In this document: one piece after another, positions 27,762 to 38,312 of the stretch
How positions within the stretch are numbered: the stretch's first letter is position 1
Layout of the letters: every line of letters starts with the position of its first letter
Origin: a virus
Lineage: Duplodnaviria; Caudoviricetes
Virus record (IMG/VR): IMGVR_UViG_3300034065_000151
Span: 76,767-140,766 of that record
Reading direction: 5' to 3' (one strand)
Length of the DNA stretch: 64,000 nt
The notes under the pieces: model-generated
What the model was told of the DNA's origin: nothing
Databases searched by the model: none
What the model saw: the letters and a program-made list of their open reading frames with translations, nothing else
Position numbers and translations under genes: made by a program

Positions 27762-28333
27762 ATCTATATGATATGCATCATGATCCTAAGAGTATCCATA
27801 AACATGATGAAGCCGATATGACAATACCTAAAGTGTTTTGGGATAGGTATAATCATATGCCATCTGAATTAGAGAAACGTGAAGCAGCCCTCGCAAAGAG
27901 TCCTGAGTATGCTTACTATTATGCCAGGGAAGTATTAGATAAACGTTTCCCTAAAGGAGAAGCTGCCATTGCGACAAGTCCTAAGTATGCATATTATGCG
28001 TATTATGTGATAGATGGAAGGTTTCCTGTGGGAGAACCTGCTATAGCAAAGGATATAAAATACAGTGTGAATTATGCTATCCATGTAATACATGAGGAGT
28101 TTCCATTAGGGGAAGATATTATAGCGACTGATGTAGAGTATTCATATGAGTATGCATATGGATTGGGTAAAGTATTTAAGAAGGGTGAAGCTAAGATAGC
28201 AACAAATGCCGAGTATAGTTGTCTTTATGCTCTGTGGGTATTAGGAAAGAGATTCCCATTAGGAGAACCTGTGATAGCCAAAGATCTTCATTATAAACAT
28301 GAATACAATAAACAGTTTGGAACTAACCTATGA
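27758..28333 (+). CDS. MNLY-family repeat protein (5 repeats)
   Basis: Shared leader and repeats. Confidence 0.85.
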   Translation: MNLYDMHHDPKSIHKHDEADMTIPKVFWDRYNHMPSELEKREAALAKSPEYAYYYAREVLDKRFPKGEAAIATSPKYAYYAYYVIDGRFPVGEPAIAKDIKYSVNYAIHVIHEEFPLGEDIIATDVEYSYEYAYGLGKVFKKGEAKIATNAEYSCLYALWVLGKRFPLGEPVIAKDLHYKHEYNKQFGTNL

Positions 28334-28953
28334 ACTTTTATAAACTACATGATGAACCGGAAAGCATTCATAAGTACCAGGAAGCTTTAGATAAAGTAGT
28401 AGATGTATTCTGGCATAAATATAAAAATGATCCTGTTAAATTAAAAGAACGGGAACCAGAGATTGCTAAATCGGCAAAGTATAGTTATGCATATGCCTTT
28501 GGGGTATTACATAAAAGGTTTCCTGCAGGGGAAGCAGCTATATCTAAAGTACCACAGACAGCATATAATTATGCCAAGAATATAATACAGGGACCATGGC
28601 CAGAAGGAGAAGATGCCATTGGTAAAGAATCATACTTTGCTTACTATTATGTAGAAGAATACCTTAGGAAGAAGTTCCCTAAGGGAGAAGCTGCGATCGC
28701 AAAGGATCCATATTATGCTGCTGAGTATGCAAGGATAACAGGACAACCTTTTAAGGCAGGTGAGAAGGCAATTGCTACTAACAATTATGCATCGTATATC
28801 TATGCGAGGGATGTATTGAAGAAGCCATGGAAGCCTGGAGAGGCAGCTATCTTGAATGATAAGGATGGTACCGAATACAGTGAGAACTATATGAAGTTTT
28901 GTAATGAATGGTATGCTAACCAGAAGAAAAACAAAGGATCTAAAGATGAATGA
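28330..28953 (+). CDS. MNLY-family repeat protein (5 repeats)
   Basis: Shared leader (MNFY variant) and repeats. Confidence 0.85.
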   Translation: MNFYKLHDEPESIHKYQEALDKVVDVFWHKYKNDPVKLKEREPEIAKSAKYSYAYAFGVLHKRFPAGEAAISKVPQTAYNYAKNIIQGPWPEGEDAIGKESYFAYYYVEEYLRKKFPKGEAAIAKDPYYAAEYARITGQPFKAGEKAIATNNYASYIYARDVLKKPWKPGEAAILNDKDGTEYSENYMKFCNEWYANQKKNKGSKDE

Positions 28954-29203
28954 AAGTAAACCTATTATTATAACACATTGTGCAGATGATGTATATGATA
29001 AATTTTGGCGTAAGCAGAAACCAAACACCAGGGTATGTATTGATTCCTATGAGAATGAGATAGCAAAGATACCAGGACATGCTTGTGCTTATGCTAAGTA
29101 TGTATTGGGTGGAAGGTTTCATAAGGGAGAGAATGCTATCTATAGTGATTTGCATACTTCTGCTATCTATATACATTTCTTGGAGTCCTTGAATGATCAG
29201 TAA
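28946..29203 (+). CDS. degenerate MNLY-family member (1 repeat, leader replaced)
   Basis: VYDKFW..YENEIAKIPGHACAYAKYVLGGRFHKGENAI; the 5' end coincides with antisense motif copy 3. Confidence 0.6.
   Translation: MNESKPIIITHCADDVYDKFWRKQKPNTRVCIDSYENEIAKIPGHACAYAKYVLGGRFHKGENAIYSDLHTSAIYIHFLESLNDQ
28956..28978 (-). promoter_or_regulatory. antisense sigma70-like motif, copy 3
   Basis: GTAAACCTATTATTATAACACAT, 21/23 identical to copy 1; TATACA at the -35 position with a 17-nt spacer. Confidence 0.5.
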
Positions 29204-29291
29204 AGTCACTGCCGATAAGATTAGATATAGCTTCCTTATATTCTGGACCATATACCTAATTGCTAATGCTATCAAATGGATGGTATCATGA
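29193..29291 (+). CDS. 32-aa hydrophobic peptide (not in the ORF track)
   Basis: MISKVTADKIRYSFLIFWTIYLIANAIKWMVS; GGAG Shine-Dalgarno; ATGA overlap with the next gene. Confidence 0.45.
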   Translation: MISKVTADKIRYSFLIFWTIYLIANAIKWMVS

Positions 29292-29641
29292 ACCTTTATA
29301 CATTACATGATCATCCTGAAAGTATCCATGGACATGATAAAAAGGATTCACGAGTACCTGAACTCATTTGGGCCAAATATAAAAAAGATCCTGCTAGTAT
29401 GAAAAAATATGAATCAGTACTCGCAAAGGATTCTCATTATGCTTACCTCTATGCCGCCAATATCCTCAGACATAAATGGTTAAAGGGAGAACCTGCGATA
29501 GCTAAAGATGCAACATGTTCCTGGGAATATGTTATGCATGTATTAAAGAAGCCATTTCCTAAAGGAGAGAAGGCTATCCTTGGTAGTTCCTTTGCAGATG
29601 CATATAGATTAAACCTAGAAATATATAAAGATAAAGAATAA
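29288..29641 (+). CDS. MNLY-family repeat protein (2 repeats)
   Basis: Start placed at 29288 by leader homology. Confidence 0.85.
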   Translation: MNLYTLHDHPESIHGHDKKDSRVPELIWAKYKKDPASMKKYESVLAKDSHYAYLYAANILRHKWLKGEPAIAKDATCSWEYVMHVLKKPFPKGEKAILGSSFADAYRLNLEIYKDKE

Positions 29642-29700
29642 AAGCATTATGCTGTACACAAGTATCAAAGAATAGCAGTTTTTATAGTTTCCTGGAATCC

Positions 29701-29708
29701 GATAAATA
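29701..29708 (+). promoter_or_regulatory. late promoter variant GATAAATA
   Basis: Upstream of the 2855-aa gene. Confidence 0.5.
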
Positions 29709-29744
29709 TAGATACCTATCTCATCTATCATTCTCCAGGAAACT

Positions 29745-32700
29745 ATGTCACAGAATTTAGACTTCAATAAGCTCCTTCCATCAGGCATACAAAACGAAAC
29801 ACTATCTAGTCTGGTCTCTAACCTGTTCAACCGCTTTGTCTCCACAGAACAATCTGTTAACATCGCAGGTACAGTCGGTATCCCTATCTCTGGTAATGCA
29901 ATCATCCAACAACCTTCTCTCGATCGCCAAGAGAATGCCCTAGTCCCCAGTCTCTTCTACCAATCAGGTAATAAAAAATACCTATACACCTTCGAAGACT
30001 TTGTTAATAAGATGGCAACTCTTGATATTGATATCCAGGATATGAGAACCTGGATGGCTGAGCAGAGTTATAATTATTCCCCGCCTATTGACTATGATAA
30101 GTTTATTAGCTATTCTAATTACTATTGGACAGGATCATCCTTACCAGCCGGATCGGGACCTTCATGGAATCCTAATAACGTATCCGAGTTTTATGTAATA
30201 GAACGTCCTGCTCTTAATGACACTACAAAGATGCCGGTGGTTGCTGCGACCACCTTTAACATTAATTTGTATGCAAACAATCGTCCACCTGAAACCTTTA
30301 TCATTCAGTTCAGTTCACCTACCCAGTTCCACATTGCAAGTAACCTTGGTGCGGTTACATCAAGTGTTACCACCTTGGTATCTACTACCCCAGAAGATAT
30401 TACTCCAGTCATTATATCTGTTATCGATCCTGTCTTAGGACCTGGTAGTACTAACCTTGTTAGCTTTAATATCATTAATGGTACTAACCTATTCAATACC
30501 GGTGATTACTTTACCCTTAACATTAACTACTTCACCAGTTCTTTATTCGCTACTCTATCTCCAGGTACTACTATCAATCAAGGTGCCATTGCTTCTATCC
30601 AATCACTATCTCCTATGATGATCATCGATGGTGTACGTATTACTTCCGGTATGCGTATCCTCGTGAAGAACCAAACTGTACCTACCCAGAACGGTATCTA
30701 CATCGTATCAACAGGTAATCCTTGGTCTCTTGCTACTGATTCGACAACTACTAATCTTATTATTAACTCTGCAGTATATGTGACTAAGGGTTTGCTTAAC
30801 ATAGGAACCACTTGGAAGTATGACAATACGAATCACTTTGTGGAGGTCGTACCTAATCCTGTACCTAATGTGAATGCGTGGCAGTTGTATAACTATTGGG
30901 TACACAAAGATGATCTTAATAGTTTGGCACAGTTTGGTATCTCACAGAGTAATAGTATCCAGGCAAACCGTCCTATCATTGAGTACACTAATAAGTTACA
31001 GATGAACAAGTTCTTTGATAGTACAGATACCCCAAGTGATTCTGGTATCTCTTACCTACAAACAAAGACTCGCTTCAATCAGATACCACAGTTCGATCTA
31101 TATCGTTACGATGGTACACACGCAGGTATGACCTCCGGACTATTCTTCTATGCAGAAGGTCCTAACTATATAACAGACAACATATTACTCCGTAGAGTAG
31201 TAACTACATCGACAGGTGATTATGTATTCGGCATTGGTCTTACTGACAGTCAAAATCAATTTCTTTACTTTAAAGACAATGGCACGCTTAAATCTATCTG
31301 GCAACCCGGTGTTACAACCGCTACTGCATCTACTCCATTATATAATGGGACTGGTAACGGATCTATAACAATCACCCCTACTACCACTGCTGATAACCAA
31401 GAGTGGACAATCACCTGTCTTACTCCTATAACCTTCTCAGTCAATGGTACACGTTCAGGTTCCATCGGTACACTTACCATCGGTACTACCTTTACCTGTG
31501 ATGATCTTACACTCGGCATTACAGCAGGTACAACTCCATTCATTCCAGGTGACAACTTCTCCTTCGATGTATGGGCTCCTGTATCTCCTCGCTACATCAA
31601 ACAAAACCCAGATGGTTCCATCGTAAACTATCCAGGTGGATATGCTGCTGATCAAGCAACTGCTAATCCAAGTGGTGCGTGGTTGACACCAGGACGTATG
31701 TTCCAGAACTTGAGTCGTGAGTTGCAGCCTACTATTGCCTTTGGTGATTTCATTAACCATGGTCGTGCAGTCTTGAGATTGCAGGATGGTTTTACTGGTG
31801 CTTCATTCGGTGATAACAATAGTAGAACACTATCATTCAATCCTGGACTGGGTGGACGGATCAGAGAGTTCTCTAGTAACTTCCCATTGCTTGCCAGTAT
31901 GTTAATTGAACAGGATATATCTGTTCTTACTATCCTGGACTTCATCCAACAACAATACAATATCGGATTGGCAAGTATCACCCAGTTCGTTAACAACTCT
32001 TTGGCTGAGTACTTAGGTCAAGGTCATATCATTAACACAACCACCATCGATCCTAACGATCCAAGTATAGTTTCTTTTGAACAATACTTTGAAACCTTAC
32101 GTGGTCAGAATATGAATTTGAGTACTGTGTTTAGTGATAGTACTGCGTTGGTAAAGAATTGGCCGGCGACATTACCGATGATAGGATTGTTACCGAAGGT
32201 ACAGCCTACTATTGGGTTTGATGATGAGTTGAATATCCATACCATTGTGCATCATGATAATCATATTTCACCGGTGGTATTACCTAATGTTGAGTTTGAT
32301 AAGATGTTAGTTAAGACAGTAGTAGATCGTCCTGATGGAACAAAGAGTCCTGGTACCTTTGCACAGTTCGCTCCAGCTAATCCTTATCCTGGTCAACTCT
32401 GGATGCAAACTTCTACACAGTTGTTATATGTGTACTATCCAACTGGTTGGATATTATTCAATAGTAGTTACCTACAGAACAGTTTAGTGTTAGCAGTTGA
32501 ACAAAGGTTATATGATAGTGTACATCCTGCCCAGCAGTTGAATCTTAATCTTGAGACCGTACCTGTTACTACATCCCAGTATCAAGCAGTTGAGTTAGCA
32601 CAGTTCGCGGCAGAGTATAACTATGATATGTTTGCTCCTGACTATGTTGCTACTAATGCATTTACCTGGAACTATAAGCAGGCAGTAGTACCTGGATTGG

Positions 32701-35700
32701 TGGGACCTACTCCTGCCCGTTGGTATGATTTATACAATGATTACTTTGACAACTTTGGATCAGGTGTCTTGGCGACTGACCGACCTGATTTATATCCATG
32801 GAGATTATTAGGATATGCAACCGAGCCCGCTAACTGGGCAAGTTTATATGCATGTACTGTTCAAGCGACAAGTAATGTAGTAACAGCAATTGTGTGTGCT
32901 AATAGTAATGATGGTTCTTTGAATGGTTTAGGTATCATTGATGGTTATAATTTAAATACTGGTGATCGTGTATTATTAACTGCACAGACTAATCATACAG
33001 AGAATGGATTATGGATAGCAGGACCTGGTGCTTGGGGTCGTGCAAGTGATCCATTAGTGGATGGCTTAACTGTTAATGTCACTAGTGGTTCACAATGTGC
33101 AGGAACTACTTGGGTAATCACTACACCTAATCCTATCCTATTAGGAACTACTCCTGTAACATTCCAACAAGCAAGAATCTGGAACATCAATATGTGGGCT
33201 AGTATCCATGCCACACATCCTACCTTAAAACGTTGTGTTAATATTAACACTGATATGTTATTACCGCCATATGTATCGTCAACAATACCTGCATCATTAG
33301 ATGCATTATTGACAGTGATCCCTGTAGGAATATCTGATGGGTATGTATTTGGGGATAATGGTCCTATTGAATTGGTATGGAGAAAGTCATTAGAGTATAA
33401 CTATGGATTGGCCCGTAGTTATTTTAGGTTATATCCATTACAGTTCTTGGATAAGTCATGGGGTGAAACCTATATGTCAGTTGGAACTAACCTTCGTACT
33501 GAGCGTAACCTAATGACATCATTACCAAGTAGTAATTTCTTATTGCATGGAGAACGTCTTACCATCAGTAATGTATACACACCTGCTGAGATACAAGCCA
33601 GAGTCCAAGGTCCTATTACCTGGACAGGAGCTGCTAATGTTTCCTTTGTGGTTACCCATTGTGCAGATAATACAACTGTCTTTTATGCATATGTGAATGG
33701 TCAGCTTCAAGGTATGGTCTATGAAGAAGTACCATTCTCCTTTAGTTATACCGATCCTGTAACTGGTGCAGTGATATCTTTTGTTAATAATGTTATAGAA
33801 GATTTAGGTATCCCTTTCAATATGGGTGATACTATCAACATCACCTTCTACAATGATATAGTAGATCCATCCTATGTTCCACCTGTTGCTAATCCACTAG
33901 GAGAACAAGGCTGCGTCATTCCTGGTATAGTTACCACAGTAACAACTATTCCAATGGTACAGGTGTTACCGACATATGTGCATGTACCAGCGACTACAAA
34001 GATTTTTAAGGGTGTGGGTCAGTGGTTTACCAATTTGATTAGATACAATAGTATAGACAGTGTAGTATCATTGACAGCAGAAGCGTATCGTGGATGGAGT
34101 GTTAACTTAGTGAATCGTATTGGATCATTGATGCGTCCTGATTCATTGGCGATTAATACTGCCCAAGGAGTTATGCCAGATACCGGATATAGTGTGGTCT
34201 TGAAGAAGTCCAGCAATACAAAGAGTCTATGGATCAGCGGACTACGTATCCAATTAACAAAGGTAGGAGCTGCCACATTAACAGCACCTGGATATTATGT
34301 ACCTGTTGGGGTTGGTGCTGATTGGGTATTCCGTGTTGAGGTTTACAATAATGCATATCCTCAGGCGACGTATTATGTATTGGATACTGCTGGACCTTAT
34401 GAGACCTTTAATGTATTGGATCAGAGTGCTACCAAGTTAGCATGGAATCGATATATGAATGTATTGAGTACTGAGACGATAGTAATGCCGTTACAGATAA
34501 CTGGTATACAGAATGTGATTAACTTTGTTTATGGATATAGTAATTACTTGCAGGATCAGGGTTTCAAGATTAATGCAAGTGATGTACCGATGACAGATCA
34601 ATTGACTGGACGTAATATCGATTGGCAGTTAGAGATAGAGAAGTTTATTAATCAGGTATACTTAGAGATGTCACCTGGACAAGGTACCATCTTAAATCCA
34701 TTTATGGATAAGTTATATGTACAGACTCCTATTGGGTTGCAGAGTCCATATACCGAATCTAATTTCATGGATGCCTTCTCTACCCAAGCATGTTATGATG
34801 TTATCGGAAGTATAATCCCAGTTAATAAATTGAATGTGATTAGGACTGATGATCAGACTATAACGTATTCACAGACACCTATCTATAGTGCGCATATCTT
34901 CTTGGATGAGTATGAGCATGCGATTGTGTTTAACGATAACTTTTCAAGTGATCCTGCATCAGCTACAGTCTTTAATAGTTTCTTGGGTGAGTATATGCAG
35001 ACTGTATACTTAACCTTCTCCCGTCAGGATGTTGTCGATAGTAAACCTACCTTCGATGGCTTCTTCCTATCAGGTGATAATGTAGCCCGTAACTTTACCG
35101 CAGCCACAGATAATATTGCTAACTATTATGATTCTGACAAGACCTTTAATGATCCAGTAACTGCGCAGCATGCAATGTCTCTGGTAGGATTTCAGACCAA
35201 GGATTACTTTGATCAGATTGATATAAGTCCTACAACCCAGTTGAATTTCTGGAAGGGTATGATTGCAGCTAAAGGAACTAACCTTACTATTGATGCCTTT
35301 GCAAACTATGTTGCGTTTAACAATACATCGACCGATGAATTTTGGGCATACAAGTTAGCAACATATGGTGATGCACGTGAACGTACTATGCCAGAGTTGA
35401 AAGTACAACCAGCGGATGTAGTGGGAACCTTTACCCAGTTACAGTTCTATTCTGCGAGTGATCCAAATTATGTGCCATTGCCATTATATACACAGGTGGA
35501 AGCGAATGATGATACCCGTTGGTATTCTATCGATGATTTAGGAACTACCTTAAGGTTTGATGCCAATGCAATAAGTGAATCTGTTACAGTAACAGGAACT
35601 GGTGTACAGTATATTACCTTGAAGAATATCTATCATAATGGTGACACAATGGCACCAGTAGTAACTGGACCTTCTGGTGCCAGTATTGTATCTGCGAATA

Positions 35701-38312
35701 TGTTGAAGGTAACACAGGCAGGAACATATGAAGTATCAGGATATACTTGGTTGAATCCAACTAAGTTATCACCTATTAAATTGTATGATTATAGTGAACA
35801 GACCTTAGATTTGCAATTAGGTTTATGGCATCCTGCTATCGGTATCCATGCATATGAACCATTAGAAGTTATCAATATGGTAACTGATAGTGATCCAGCT
35901 AATTATAGTTATACCCAACAGTTGACAGACAATCCTAACTATATGAATTTGAAGCCATGGGGTGATAATGAAGTTGGGCGAGTATGGTGGGATACGAGTA
36001 ACCTTGGATACATGCCGTATTATGATGCAACGATCTTTGGCAGTATTGAATCGAGATTAGCGCGTTGGGGTAAGTTAGCAGATTGGGCGAGTATTGATTT
36101 GTATGAATGGACAGAGAGTGAATTTAGTCCATCGCAATATAATGCACAGGCATTATTACAGCAGGGTGATAGTACAATAGATCCATCGATTGCATTATCA
36201 GGACAGGTTGGATTTGTTAATACATATTCAAGTGATCGTAATATAACAGTACGTCCTGTGGCATGGTCACAAGCAGGAGTTGGTAATGGTAATGCACATC
36301 CTGCATTTGGTCCTACCCAATTAGTAACGATGTATGTATCAGGTAATACCTTGATTGCAGATAGTGGAAGACTTGCAGCTATTAATGTAACCAGTGGTTA
36401 TAACTTTGGTGGATGGGATACCATCAATCAAGTACCTGTAAATGAAGTTAACATAGGAACAACAGTTACATATAATGTAGGGTCATCGTTGCAGTTGAGT
36501 AATCCTGTATTGGTATATCCGAGTGTGCAGGCGACTGGAACTATTGCGACTATTTCGGTAGAGAATGTACCTGACAATAGTATCTATGGAACAATTATTG
36601 GTGCGATTAGTTTATATGTATTGAATGCCGCAGATGGAACTGTATCCTTGAGGATGTTGAGTTCAACTGGTGGTTTTCAAGATATGCCAGTTACCGATTG
36701 GTATAGTGATAACTTATTAACCAATTCAAGTTTGACATATGTATATGAAGCATTTGGATTGCAGGTAGTAATAACCAGATCAACGATAGGAACTATAGTA
36801 GCTGGTGATATAGCTACAGCTATTGCAAATTCAGGTAATGATATCTATGTACGTGAGTGTGTGGATTTTACTGCGATCGTGCCTATTACACAATCATTGT
36901 TTGTTAATGATCCGAGTGATCCATTGTTTGGATCAGCTGATTATATGTGGAAGACATGGCCAGTACCATCTCAGGCATTATTGAATGTGGATTTACCTCC
37001 ACCATATAATATGTGGTTACCAATTTTGGGTGCCGAGATACCTGTGGTAACAACTGCAGCAGTTATAACCGAGATGGGAAGTGGTACTAATACTTGGATA
37101 TTACCAAGTGGTATAACTATTACCCGATACAATTCTACATGGACACCAATGGCACAGTTAATGAATACCAAGATGAGTCATGTATCTAATGGTGTGAATG
37201 TTGTTTCCTTTACAGTAGCCAGTGAAACAAGTCTTGATCAGAATAGATTATCCATATATATTAACAATGCGCAGATAGCACCTGCATTGTACACAGTGTT
37301 TAACAATGTGATAACCTTATCTAAGGTATATCCAGAGGCAAGTATTGTATCGATGTTATATAGACAGTATACACCGACTGCATTGGATTTATCATTTGAT
37401 CCAACAGTGGCAGATAATGTGAAGATACAGACATGGTACGTACAGGATTATGAGTATACGCAGAAGGATGTTAGAGATAGTTCTGGAAATATAACAGGAA
37501 GCAAGTATTATTTCTGGGTGACTAATAAGACAATCCCTCAGGTGAATCAAACTATGTCCTTGAGTCAGGCAGCGCAGATATTAGAGGATGGCGAAAGTAC
37601 TTATACGACCTTTAGTAGATTGCTTCCAGATAGTAGTTCATCTTCTGGAGCTGGATATGATTCATGTGCGATAGCAGGATTGAATATATATGTGACAAAG
37701 ACTAACAGTTACAAGTTAAGGTTCTTGCGTGATTTCACGTTGAGAGATGATCCAGAGCAGATTAGTTTGAAGAATGTGCATACTGAGTGGTTATTAATTA
37801 ACAGGCATCAAGTGACAGTGATACCGCAGCAGTTATGGGCAGTATTGACAAATGCGGCATGTGGGCAGGATCCATTGGGTAATCAATTACCCTCTTTGGT
37901 GAGAACTAACTATGACAATAAATATAATACTAATTATAGATATGGTTTTGGTGATGGTCAGATATTTGCTGATACAAGTCTTATCCAAGAGTCTATAGTT
38001 AATACTATTTTGAATACTTCACTTACAATTGATGTTGGAACAACTGTAATACCGGAATACATAACAGTATTAAATATGTCACAAAGTGCATTATGGTTTA
38101 GTACACCAGCTATTGCAAGAACAACAATGAATTTGATTTATGAGTATGCGCGAGCTAATCAGATAAATGAGATTTTCTTTAATGCATTGAATGTTGCTTT
38201 GGCGTGTAATTATGAAATGACAGATATATTTAAGACCAGTTATATTACAGTTAATTCATCGACAGTTGTTGCTCAACAAACCCAAGGGGAACAGGTAGAT
38301 GAGTTCTATTAA
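29745..38312 (+). CDS. giant virion structural protein (baseplate wedge / gp7-like scaffold)
   Basis: 2855 aa, follows gp6; PPIDYDKFISYSNYYW motif; two copies of the fibre-type G.R.L...QT....NG.Y/W module. Confidence 0.65.
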   Translation: MSQNLDFNKLLPSGIQNETLSSLVSNLFNRFVSTEQSVNIAGTVGIPISGNAIIQQPSLDRQENALVPSLFYQSGNKKYLYTFEDFVNKMATLDIDIQDMRTWMAEQSYNYSPPIDYDKFISYSNYYWTGSSLPAGSGPSWNPNNVSEFYVIERPALNDTTKMPVVAATTFNINLYANNRPPETFIIQFSSPTQFHIASNLGAVTSSVTTLVSTTPEDITPVIISVIDPVLGPGSTNLVSFNIINGTNLFNTGDYFTLNINYFTSSLFATLSPGTTINQGAIASIQSLSPMMIIDGVRITSGMRILVKNQTVPTQNGIYIVSTGNPWSLATDSTTTNLIINSAVYVTKGLLNIGTTWKYDNTNHFVEVVPNPVPNVNAWQLYNYWVHKDDLNSLAQFGISQSNSIQANRPIIEYTNKLQMNKFFDSTDTPSDSGISYLQTKTRFNQIPQFDLYRYDGTHAGMTSGLFFYAEGPNYITDNILLRRVVTTSTGDYVFGIGLTDSQNQFLYFKDNGTLKSIWQPGVTTATASTPLYNGTGNGSITITPTTTADNQEWTITCLTPITFSVNGTRSGSIGTLTIGTTFTCDDLTLGITAGTTPFIPGDNFSFDVWAPVSPRYIKQNPDGSIVNYPGGYAADQATANPSGAWLTPGRMFQNLSRELQPTIAFGDFINHGRAVLRLQDGFTGASFGDNNSRTLSFNPGLGGRIREFSSNFPLLASMLIEQDISVLTILDFIQQQYNIGLASITQFVNNSLAEYLGQGHIINTTTIDPNDPSIVSFEQYFETLRGQNMNLSTVFSDSTALVKNWPATLPMIGLLPKVQPTIGFDDELNIHTIVHHDNHISPVVLPNVEFDKMLVKTVVDRPDGTKSPGTFAQFAPANPYPGQLWMQTSTQLLYVYYPTGWILFNSSYLQNSLVLAVEQRLYDSVHPAQQLNLNLETVPVTTSQYQAVELAQFAAEYNYDMFAPDYVATNAFTWNYKQAVVPGLVGPTPARWYDLYNDYFDNFGSGVLATDRPDLYPWRLLGYATEPANWASLYACTVQATSNVVTAIVCANSNDGSLNGLGIIDGYNLNTGDRVLLTAQTNHTENGLWIAGPGAWGRASDPLVDGLTVNVTSGSQCAGTTWVITTPNPILLGTTPVTFQQARIWNINMWASIHATHPTLKRCVNINTDMLLPPYVSSTIPASLDALLTVIPVGISDGYVFGDNGPIELVWRKSLEYNYGLARSYFRLYPLQFLDKSWGETYMSVGTNLRTERNLMTSLPSSNFLLHGERLTISNVYTPAEIQARVQGPITWTGAANVSFVVTHCADNTTVFYAYVNGQLQGMVYEEVPFSFSYTDPVTGAVISFVNNVIEDLGIPFNMGDTINITFYNDIVDPSYVPPVANPLGEQGCVIPGIVTTVTTIPMVQVLPTYVHVPATTKIFKGVGQWFTNLIRYNSIDSVVSLTAEAYRGWSVNLVNRIGSLMRPDSLAINTAQGVMPDTGYSVVLKKSSNTKSLWISGLRIQLTKVGAATLTAPGYYVPVGVGADWVFRVEVYNNAYPQATYYVLDTAGPYETFNVLDQSATKLAWNRYMNVLSTETIVMPLQITGIQNVINFVYGYSNYLQDQGFKINASDVPMTDQLTGRNIDWQLEIEKFINQVYLEMSPGQGTILNPFMDKLYVQTPIGLQSPYTESNFMDAFSTQACYDVIGSIIPVNKLNVIRTDDQTITYSQTPIYSAHIFLDEYEHAIVFNDNFSSDPASATVFNSFLGEYMQTVYLTFSRQDVVDSKPTFDGFFLSGDNVARNFTAATDNIANYYDSDKTFNDPVTAQHAMSLVGFQTKDYFDQIDISPTTQLNFWKGMIAAKGTNLTIDAFANYVAFNNTSTDEFWAYKLATYGDARERTMPELKVQPADVVGTFTQLQFYSASDPNYVPLPLYTQVEANDDTRWYSIDDLGTTLRFDANAISESVTVTGTGVQYITLKNIYHNGDTMAPVVTGPSGASIVSANMLKVTQAGTYEVSGYTWLNPTKLSPIKLYDYSEQTLDLQLGLWHPAIGIHAYEPLEVINMVTDSDPANYSYTQQLTDNPNYMNLKPWGDNEVGRVWWDTSNLGYMPYYDATIFGSIESRLARWGKLADWASIDLYEWTESEFSPSQYNAQALLQQGDSTIDPSIALSGQVGFVNTYSSDRNITVRPVAWSQAGVGNGNAHPAFGPTQLVTMYVSGNTLIADSGRLAAINVTSGYNFGGWDTINQVPVNEVNIGTTVTYNVGSSLQLSNPVLVYPSVQATGTIATISVENVPDNSIYGTIIGAISLYVLNAADGTVSLRMLSSTGGFQDMPVTDWYSDNLLTNSSLTYVYEAFGLQVVITRSTIGTIVAGDIATAIANSGNDIYVRECVDFTAIVPITQSLFVNDPSDPLFGSADYMWKTWPVPSQALLNVDLPPPYNMWLPILGAEIPVVTTAAVITEMGSGTNTWILPSGITITRYNSTWTPMAQLMNTKMSHVSNGVNVVSFTVASETSLDQNRLSIYINNAQIAPALYTVFNNVITLSKVYPEASIVSMLYRQYTPTALDLSFDPTVADNVKIQTWYVQDYEYTQKDVRDSSGNITGSKYYFWVTNKTIPQVNQTMSLSQAAQILEDGESTYTTFSRLLPDSSSSSGAGYDSCAIAGLNIYVTKTNSYKLRFLRDFTLRDDPEQISLKNVHTEWLLINRHQVTVIPQQLWAVLTNAACGQDPLGNQLPSLVRTNYDNKYNTNYRYGFGDGQIFADTSLIQESIVNTILNTSLTIDVGTTVIPEYITVLNMSQSALWFSTPAIARTTMNLIYEYARANQINEIFFNALNVALACNYEMTDIFKTSYITVNSSTVVAQQTQGEQVDEFY

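Noticed and set aside
26781-28978. CRISPR array from the repeated 23-bp motif
   Set aside because: Only three copies, irregularly spaced (85 bp and about 2.1 kb), with no cas operon.
25346-29641. Diversity-generating retroelement as the source of repeat variation
   Set aside because: No reverse transcriptase and no near-identical template/variable repeat pair differing only at adenines in this window; cannot be excluded genome-wide.
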